This document shows, one piece after another, positions 9,001-15,500 of a DNA stretch of 18,104 bases. Under the pieces are notes generated by a model. The model ran no database searches. It saw nothing but the letters and a program-made list of their open reading frames with translations, and was not told the DNA's origin. Location: NCBI GenBank assembly GCA_937899865.1, contig CALBRH010000042.1, positions 1 through 18,104 on the forward strand. The letters are read 5' to 3'. How positions within the stretch are numbered: position 1 is the first letter of the stretch; the number at the start of each line of letters is the position of its first letter. The position numbers and the translations under genes were made by a program. This DNA comes from an uncultured euryarchaeote (lineage in GTDB: Archaea > Thermoplasmatota > Poseidoniia > Poseidoniales > Poseidoniaceae).

Positions 9001-9440
9001 AGGAACCAGTTGACAATAATACAGATACAGGAGACAATACTACTATCACAGACCCTACAGACCCTACAGACCCTACAGAACCCGGTGACAACACAGGTTC
9101 GACTGATGGATCTACAGACACTAGCGATGATACTGAATCCGAGTCAGGATTATTTGGCATGTCATACACAGTAATCGGAATTATTGGCGTAGTAATTGTC
9201 TTATTGCTGGCGACACTTATGTTTGTAAGAGGACGAGGCTCTAAGAGCGATGCATATTCAATGCAAGAAAAAGCGTATGCTGATGCAGGTTATGCAGCTG
9301 TAGCAGGAATAGGCGCAGTAGATGCTTCAATCACTCCTGAACAGTTAGCCTATGAACAGCAGTTAATCGCTGCAGGCTATCCAGCTGATTATGCACGTGC
9401 CTATGCTGACCAACATTTCAGGCCTTGGTTGAAGCAATAA
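6027..9440 (+). CDS. Large secreted, membrane-anchored surface protein (4 PPC-like modules, 2 CARDB domains, TSP3 repeats, C-terminal TM helix)
   Basis: N-terminal signal-like segment (start GTG 6027 or ATG 6036). PPC-like modules contain 'D-x-Y/F-x-F/V...DF/YDL-x-L'. CARDB-like domains are 'PNLAIDDI...DSDEMVAEKSETDN' and 'PDLIPGNL...DSNNEITESDESNN'. Asp-rich TSP3 repeats include DTDGDGFGD and DLDSDGV..ENDLCPDTP. These are followed by a D/T/P-rich linker, a TM helix (YTVIGIIGVVIVLLLATLMFV) and a short tail. No catalytic domain was recognised. Confidence 0.85.
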   Translation: MSNMRSIRFLVGIMFIITALAPLVSVHTSIDNTEEEIQTNPFGEPVLKDLKDYIMQARGQPCPTLALQNDAGQPGDAGNSTTGPRAIGNNPTTTFSGCVDGTDGEDWYEFDVGADYNVDVELSNFDFDYDLLLGIENKSNPGQYFLVDDSQTYDPIEKVSTLGSFNESEEGKYVIVIYPWDPASGDQGDYQIDIWTNYTESCIDWFNPQNDANTGQDAPQNWTDSPTNMGNNVTASYTGCLDGSDGGDVFAFDVPLNHTITASLSMESGVDFELYLHQPNGSEIDESTNSLGVDEFVTSADTTSENQPGTYFVNISHFSGSGNYTFDVWTNYSVPIPNLAIDDITFNQAANPGDVVPFDITVINDGTLDLADPFMAEVILSVDSENTWVDHNLGNATWSSGLAINATQVVTVNGAIPTNLVEGEYNVFVILDSDEMVAEKSETDNTETAADTLTVGNGVNACATPQDDAASGNDIGEEVGTSFDLGLDVDVEVRGCIDSNDEADLYKVSISPNQPLEVTLVTAPIDGADFDLQLLLPNGTAIDTSWRSTNIDEIVTLEGTDYENTGGDYYVNVTYWGGFTNGNPGGTYRLLVGEPDQSAYVPPFSCGTQNDLGLGQDASSSGIPLGTNNPISGTGCLSNSDTEDVYSFTIDDYKNVEIHFNTTMDLPFTATLTNSAGDLIASVDNMSYGLLFESINNETYEGQSNSFTLTVDSNGGQGSYDIDLMVIEPALPDLIPGNLVCPTTETFTDEEITVQWLINNAKGPGYGQTMVVLIELINSDNETVNTIYSSETASENPGVTNAMSYNQSNVQSSYAFFTVPTETTSGDYRCKLIIDSNNEITESDESNNIHFSEPFYIQNEEELYANDVDRDGFNSTDNGDGKVDGCPSNPGTSTVDRYGCPDLDSDGVSNDNDILPNDPTQWYDTDGDGFGDNPIGTNGDQCPDIPGVFNGDDGAGCPILDLDSDGVLNENDLCPDTPIGTIVGADGCEIIEEPVDNNTDTGDNTTITDPTDPTDPTEPGDNTGSTDGSTDTSDDTESESGLFGMSYTVIGIIGVVIVLLLATLMFVRGRGSKSDAYSMQEKAYADAGYAAVAGIGAVDASITPEQLAYEQQLIAAGYPADYARAYADQHFRPWLKQ
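9048..9083 (+). repeat. 9-bp coding tandem repeat (ACAGACCCT)x3 plus one degenerate copy
   Basis: Three exact copies at 9048-9074, then ACAGAACCC. It encodes TDPTDPTDPTEP in the linker before the TM anchor. Confidence 0.9.
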
Positions 9441-9482
9441 TCCGAAGGCAATACTCATGACCTGCCGATATGTGGCATAGCC

Positions 9483-9965
9483 ATGCAGGTAATGATGAAG
9501 ACAAGTGCAGGAGATATCCTAATCAAGTTATACGCAGATGAGGCGCCAGAAACCGTTGGCAACTTTGTGAAATTAGTAGAAATGGGCCATTACAACGGCT
9601 TACATTTCCATAGAGTGATTGAAGATTTTATGATTCAAGGCGGCTGCCCACACTCTAAAGATCCAATGTCGCGTAGAGCAGGAACTGGGGGGCCAGGCTG
9701 GCAAATCCCTTGTGAGGCTTCAGCCTTGGCATTAAAGCATGACAGGCCTGGAGTCCTTTCTATGGCTAATGCAGGAAGAAATACGGGGGGCTCACAATTT
9801 TTCCTTACCACTGTTGCAACACCGTGGCTTAATGGAAATCATGCGGTTTTTGGCGAAGTTGTTGAAGGTATGGATGTAGTATCATCTATCGAAAGATGCA
9901 GAAAATTACCAGGCGACAGACCTGCAGAGCCACAACAAATAATCAGTTGCACCGTAGTCCAGTGA
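9483..9965 (+). CDS. Cyclophilin-type peptidyl-prolyl cis-trans isomerase
   Basis: Motifs FHRVIEDFMIQGG, GTGGPG, LSMANAGRNTGGSQFFLT and WLNGNHAVFGEV; 160 aa. Confidence 0.96.
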   Translation: MQVMMKTSAGDILIKLYADEAPETVGNFVKLVEMGHYNGLHFHRVIEDFMIQGGCPHSKDPMSRRAGTGGPGWQIPCEASALALKHDRPGVLSMANAGRNTGGSQFFLTTVATPWLNGNHAVFGEVVEGMDVVSSIERCRKLPGDRPAEPQQIISCTVVQ

Positions 9966-9968
9966 TAC

Positions 9969-10943
9969 ATGGCAATCTTGGTAATTCACGGCGGCGCTGG
10001 TGGCGATGGCCCTTGGTTGGGTAAAACGCCACTAGATCCTGCGAGAATTGATTGTATGAAACAAGTTTTACAACAAGTAGGAAGCAAATTAGAAAGCGGT
10101 GAAATAGATTGTTTAGAAGCGGTTACATTAGCGGTTGAAATGCTTGAAGATGAGCCGTTATTCAATGCTGGACAAGGCTCAGTCATCGGCGAAGATAGCA
10201 CGATAACCATGGATGCATCAATTATGCGAGGTAGCGATAAAGCCGCAGGCGCAGTTATCAATGTGTCAAAATTACGACACCCAATTAGAGCTGCTAATAT
10301 TATTTTACAACAAGGTTGGCCAGTAATTTTGAATAGCGATGCTGCAGATGAATTTGGAATTGCTAATGGTGTTGAAGAAGTCAGTCAAGACTGGTTGAAA
10401 ACCGAGTTGCGATTAGGCCAATGGCAACAGTGGAAAAATAGCAAAAATATACCAGGCTCTACTGATGAAGACGATTCCGTCCTTGATCATGACCTCGAGG
10501 GCCGAGTTGCCACCGAGTTTTCAGATGAAGGAATGGGTACAGTAGGGGCTGTAGCACTTGATAACAATGGAGCGCTTGCAGCTGCAACCTCAACTGGCGG
10601 TATGACAGGCAAACCGGCTGGAAGAGTTGGTGACACAGCGATTATCGGTGCTGGAACTTGGGCTGATGATAAAATAGCAGTTTCTTGTACTGGAGTTGGA
10701 GAAGCTTACATCCGTACTTGTGCAGCACATAGTTTGGCTACTAGGTATCAATTTTCTAGTAACTTATCTCAATCAGCAACTCAACTGCTTGATGAAGTTG
10801 CACCACTAGGTGGCAGAGGAGGTTTGATTGCCATTACTTCAGATGGCGATTTTGTTATGCCATTCCAAACACGTTTGATGTATCGTGGCTCATGGAAAAA
10901 TGGTTCTTTAGAGATTGGAATTGGTCCACCACTCGAGCAATAG
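9969..10943 (+). CDS. iaaA: Isoaspartyl peptidase / L-asparaginase (Ntn-hydrolase, plant-type asparaginase family)
   Basis: N-terminal IHGGAG, LEDEPLFNAG, MDASIM, the autocleavage site MG|TVGAVALD (nucleophile Thr191, codon 10539-10541), TSTGG and GRVGD. It starts 3 bp after the cyclophilin stop. Confidence 0.92.
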   Translation: MAILVIHGGAGGDGPWLGKTPLDPARIDCMKQVLQQVGSKLESGEIDCLEAVTLAVEMLEDEPLFNAGQGSVIGEDSTITMDASIMRGSDKAAGAVINVSKLRHPIRAANIILQQGWPVILNSDAADEFGIANGVEEVSQDWLKTELRLGQWQQWKNSKNIPGSTDEDDSVLDHDLEGRVATEFSDEGMGTVGAVALDNNGALAAATSTGGMTGKPAGRVGDTAIIGAGTWADDKIAVSCTGVGEAYIRTCAAHSLATRYQFSSNLSQSATQLLDEVAPLGGRGGLIAITSDGDFVMPFQTRLMYRGSWKNGSLEIGIGPPLEQ

Positions 10944-10950
10944 ATATTAT

Positions 10951-10968
10951 TTAATAATTAATTATTAA
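10951..10968. promoter_or_regulatory. Perfect 18-bp palindrome TTAATAATTAATTATTAA, a candidate operator overlapping the putative fumC promoter
   Basis: All 9 base pairs were checked as self-complementary. It lies in the 34-bp iaaA-fumC gap and ends 9 nt before ATG 10978. An AT-rich TATA-like stretch sits about 20-30 nt upstream of that ATG. Function is inferred. Confidence 0.5.
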
Positions 10969-10977
10969 CCGCTTACT

Positions 10978-12570
10978 ATGTCTAAACATAGAGTGGGAGA
11001 TAGGCGAATAATCAGTATTAGCATCCCCGAGGAATTAGCAGTAAGATTGGACCGCAGTGTCGGGAAAGGCAAATCCGGGCGAAGTGCAACCATTGCCAAA
11101 ATGATAGATGGAGCATTAAACCCCAAGATTATTTCAAAGACTGAAAAAGCGATAAAACCTGCAAAAAAAGATAGTGTAGGCGTACGTATTGAAAGCGATA
11201 CTATGGGAGATTTAGAAGTCGCAAGTGACCGATATTATGGTTGTCAAACTGCTAGATCGTTAATCAATTTTGATATCGGCGACGACACTATGCCAAGAGG
11301 GGTAATTCGCTCCTTTGGTATTCTCAAACAAGCCGCAGCGAAAACTAATGTGGCGCTAAAACAACTAGATTCAGAAGTAGGGCAATTGATTATCCAGGCA
11401 GCACAAGAAGTCATTGATGGCGATTTAGATGAGCATTTTCCACTAAGAGTTTGGCAAACCGGCAGTGGTACACAATCAAACATGAATTCCAATGAGGTAA
11501 TCGCCAACCGAGCAATAGAAATTGCTGGAGGAGAGTTGGGTTCGAAAACACCTGTACACCCAAACGACCATGTAAATCGTGCCCAATCTTCAAACGATAC
11601 ATTTCCAACCGCTATGCACATCGCATCAGCAGAAGCCTTTGTCCATGATTTACTACCTAGTGTAAGAGCATTGAGAAATGCTTTAGATGATAAAGCAAAA
11701 CAATGGTCTGATATTGTAAAAATTGGCCGCACCCATCTAATGGATGCTGTTCCTTTGACCCTTGGTCAAGAAGTCTCAGGATGGGTATCTCAATTAGATG
11801 CTGATTTGAGAAGATTAGATTTCGCTCTCGACGATTTATTCGAGCTGGCGCTTGGTGGGACAGCAGTAGGAACGGGGCTTAACACCCACCCACTTTTCGC
11901 TCAAATGGTTGCTGATGAAATATCGAATATTACCGGTTTGACCTTTGTCAGTGCAGATAACAAATTTGCTCAATTAGCCGCTCATGATGCAGTTGTTGCA
12001 GCCAGCGGTGCATTGAATACCTTAGCAGTGAGTTTGATGAAGATAGCCAATGACATTCGTTGGTTAGGTTCTGGCCCTAGATGCGGACTTGGAGAATTAG
12101 CCTTGCCAGCAAATGAACCAGGCTCGTCAATTATGCCTGGTAAAGTGAATCCAACACAGGCGGAGGCAATGACGATGGTTTGTTGTCAAGTAATGGGTAA
12201 TCACACAGCAATCACGGTTGGCGGTTCTCAAGGCAACTTTGAGTTGAATGTCTACAAACCGATGATGATTCACAATTTATTGCATTCAATCAGACTACTA
12301 ACAGACTCATGTCGTTCAATGAGGGAAAATTGTGTTGAAGGATTAGAACCTGTAGCAGACAACATCACCCAACATCTAGAAAATTCACTCATGTTAGTTA
12401 CTGCTCTAAACAATCATATCGGATATGATAAAGCAGCTAAGATAGCAAAGAATGCCCATGAAAAAGGGCTGACATTAAGAGAATCTGCGTTGGCATTGGG
12501 GTATCTTACAAACGAAGAGTTTGATGAGTGGGTAAGGCCAGAACAGATGATAGGACCATCAGTAAAATGA
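10978..12570 (+). CDS. fumC: Class II fumarate hydratase with an N-terminal RHH (CopG/NikR-like) domain
   Basis: FumC core from about aa 70 (RIESDTMG): [44 protein letters not shown] (catalytic His) and the signature [16 protein letters not shown], which is fumarase-type rather than aspartase-type. Aa 9-47 ([20 protein letters not shown]...[14 protein letters not shown]) match the RHH pattern. Confidence 0.95.
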   Translation: MSKHRVGDRRIISISIPEELAVRLDRSVGKGKSGRSATIAKMIDGALNPKIISKTEKAIKPAKKDSVGVRIESDTMGDLEVASDRYYGCQTARSLINFDIGDDTMPRGVIRSFGILKQAAAKTNVALKQLDSEVGQLIIQAAQEVIDGDLDEHFPLRVWQTGSGTQSNMNSNEVIANRAIEIAGGELGSKTPVHPNDHVNRAQSSNDTFPTAMHIASAEAFVHDLLPSVRALRNALDDKAKQWSDIVKIGRTHLMDAVPLTLGQEVSGWVSQLDADLRRLDFALDDLFELALGGTAVGTGLNTHPLFAQMVADEISNITGLTFVSADNKFAQLAAHDAVVAASGALNTLAVSLMKIANDIRWLGSGPRCGLGELALPANEPGSSIMPGKVNPTQAEAMTMVCCQVMGNHTAITVGGSQGNFELNVYKPMMIHNLLHSIRLLTDSCRSMRENCVEGLEPVADNITQHLENSLMLVTALNNHIGYDKAAKIAKNAHEKGLTLRESALALGYLTNEEFDEWVRPEQMIGPSVK

Positions 12571-15500
12571 TCACAGGAAATCCGAGAGTGACATTTGCCT
12601 AGCGCGGTCGTTTTGGAATAATGAGTCGGTACTATTTGCTAACCACTCAACATTTTGTTTAGTGTAAGTATCAACACCATATTTCTCCATTACGTGTTGT
12701 GTGACTTTGATATATTTTCTAACTGCTCCTTCTGAAACAGTGAGAGCCAAGTTACCATTACACAAATCACCTGAAGATTTTGTAATTCCAAGTGAGCCAA
12801 AACCGGCATTACTGGCTTTACTAATCTGTATGCACTTGCCTGAAATAGGCATTCTGCGATATGAATGTCCACATTTCAAACACCTTACTTTTTGTCTAGC
12901 AAATGCGTTTAGATTACCTCTCAAATCGGGTAGGAAATGAGATCTAATTACACTTGAAGCAACCTTTCTAACATCCACTGCTCGTAATATATGTCCAAGG
13001 TCAAGTTGGCCATTCATTTTGTCGATCATTGTATCAAGAGTTTTGTATGCTGAAAGCGCAGGACCTGTAGAAATAGATTCACAATCATGAGTAAATCCAT
13101 ATCCTCTAACAGCAGCAACAGAACCCAATCTTCGCTCTACAAAGTCGACTCGGTTTGCAATATCTTTCGGATGAGGACAATCTTGCGTTGCCTCATAGAA
13201 ATCTCGCTCATAATACCAACCAGAGTCAACATTGAGGGCTTCTTTATCAACCTCGGTAGGGTTTAACCTGGTCGTCAAAACGAGAGGTGCATCCATTTGC
13301 CCACCTCTATTTGCTGGTAGAATTTCTCGACTAAAATTCAGCAATCCATCCATCAGCAACATGATTGCATCTTCATCACCATCACAATTTCTTCTTTTGG
13401 AAGCGTGAAATAGCGGATGAGCATAACCACCTGAACAATCTGCCCAGCCAATAATTCTTGATAGTACGCCTCCTGAGGTGTGAGGTGCAAGAGCACAAAT
13501 CAAATGGCCAACTAAATCTTCAGCAGCGGACACATTATAATACGGCTCAAGCCCATAATATCGAGTCAATAATTCATCAACAAATTGAGCAGTTCGAACA
13601 AAATAATCAGCAGCATTTTTTGCTACAATAAAGTCTTGCGGGTACAACTCCAACATTTGCTCATCCGAGGTTAATTCATTGCCAAGATAGTCGTGAGTAT
13701 AGCCCAAATTGATCAATTGTTTCCAAGAAACATCAATTTCTTTAGGCTTGAAATGTGTAACAGGGACATCACTCATGTCAAATCTCACGGTCCCATCTCT
13801 AAACACAGGAATGTCATATTTTGCCCTTAAAATTCCCTTTTCTAATGCTTCAGGAGTCTGATTTTTACTGGCAATTTTTTTCATGCATTTGATACTATTT
13901 GGCAATCTTTCAAGTCCAAGATTAATCATCGCATCTTCGATCATTGAGGCAATTGGAACAGTGGTAATCTCGCCTCTTCTGCGCCTATTTGTTTCAAGTT
14001 CTTTTTTGAACTCGGTTCTACCGCCGCATTTTTCTCCAACGATTGTCTCCCCATATTCATCGATTTTTCTATGGTGGCATGATAACATAGGCGATTTTTT
14101 CCCACATGTAATACATGTTCTAAGGCCTAACTGAACACGGATATCTTTCTTATCTGCTGCATTGGAAAGCAATCTTTGGTTGCCGCCATTCAATTCGATT
14201 GGAAACAAGGTGTGAGCCATAGGATTCATAATTCTAGGCGCTGATTTTTCAGGGCGGCCCATTCGACAACCGATTCTTACTGGTGCTGAATGATGCCACC
14301 TTAATTTGGATATTTTCTTTATTATCGGTAAAATACCGTCAACACGATGATTATCTCGGTCTATTTGTGCAGCTAAGAATTTGTTAGCATCTTTAGGCCC
14401 TTCGTCAGGGATGTTGGCTGCTGCAATACGACCGATTTCATCTGTCTCAGCAATTGACTTACCCAATTGTCTAGCATTGGTTTCGGCAGAAATACGCTGA
14501 ATAGCTCGCTCCTTCTCCAATTCTTCTAAACGCAACTCTTCTTTTGCCAATACAGTTTCAGCAAGTTTTAGTTTAGCAATCCTATCTTCAAATATTTTCT
14601 TTGAATCAACAATCATTATCGGTTTATCGCCGTCAATCGAAAAACCAAATGCTTCCATCATAGCCGACCAGCCGCTAGTAATTACCAAGTCATCACCATC
14701 ATGATGGTGTGCAAGGCCTAGGATGAGCGCAGAGCCCTTTGCAAGGCCATGTTGTTGTAAAGTCCATAATGCTGATAATTTGTGATCAAAGATAAAATTA
14801 TCAACAGAAAAACTTGGACCAGGCGCCTCTTTAATATCATCAACAGAAATTTCTGCTGGAGACATCTCTAGCATAATATCGGATTTCCAATTGATGACAC
14901 CATCCTTGATTCTTAGGCATTTTTCTTCACGCTTGGGCATCAAATTTTGATTTGAATCTGCTTGCAAATCTTCAACGGTTGCTTGCTTGAGCAATTCAAT
15001 AAATTCAGGCACCCACTCGATAGGCAAATCAAGAAACCATGGGTTATGTGAAGGCGGTAAAGAAGTTTTGAACTTTTCAGCAATTTCTTTTGCTTGTAGC
15101 CAATTTGGTTGTTGAGTAACTAGGAATCTATGCCATTGCCGTCTTACATTAAATCTAAGGGCAGCATCTGGAAATTGTTCCTTTGATAATCCTGGTACTC
15201 CAGTCGGGCACTCATTTCTTACTAAATCCATAATCGAGCAGAAGTTTGCAACCAATTCTGGAGAGCTTAATTCTTCAATTAAGTCACTAGCCCACCAATC
15301 CATTGAATATCCTGCAGGAACAAGATTCTTGTTATTCTCCATAAATTCCCCATAGCCAATTACAATCTCACCATTATCCCATATTGCTCCAATATCATCC
15401 TTTACTTCATTGAAACTTTCAATAGTGTCACAACGCGTAAAACTTCCATCGCGAAGCACAACCCATGGCCCATCAGTATTACTCGAGGGAGTAATGGCAC

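Noticed and set aside
8591-9169. 192-aa - strand Ser/Pro/Val-rich ORF
   Set aside because: It is the antisense reading of the TSP3 and D/T-rich linker region; its composition mirrors the sense codons.
11244-11732. 162-aa - strand ORF within fumC, and similar ORFs within polC, pyrE and the methyltransferase
   Set aside because: They are fully nested opposite highly conserved genes, with no independent evidence of coding.
12100-12180. The FumC-like protein being an aspartase, given the adjacent asparaginase
   Set aside because: The signature [16 protein letters not shown] and [12 protein letters not shown] match class II fumarase, not AspA (GSSIMPAKVNPVVPE-like).
13364-13407. Possible intein in DP2
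   Set aside because: The usual insertion site near the catalytic motif is intact (HASKRRNCDGDEDA), and I saw no splicing or LAGLIDADG motifs elsewhere.
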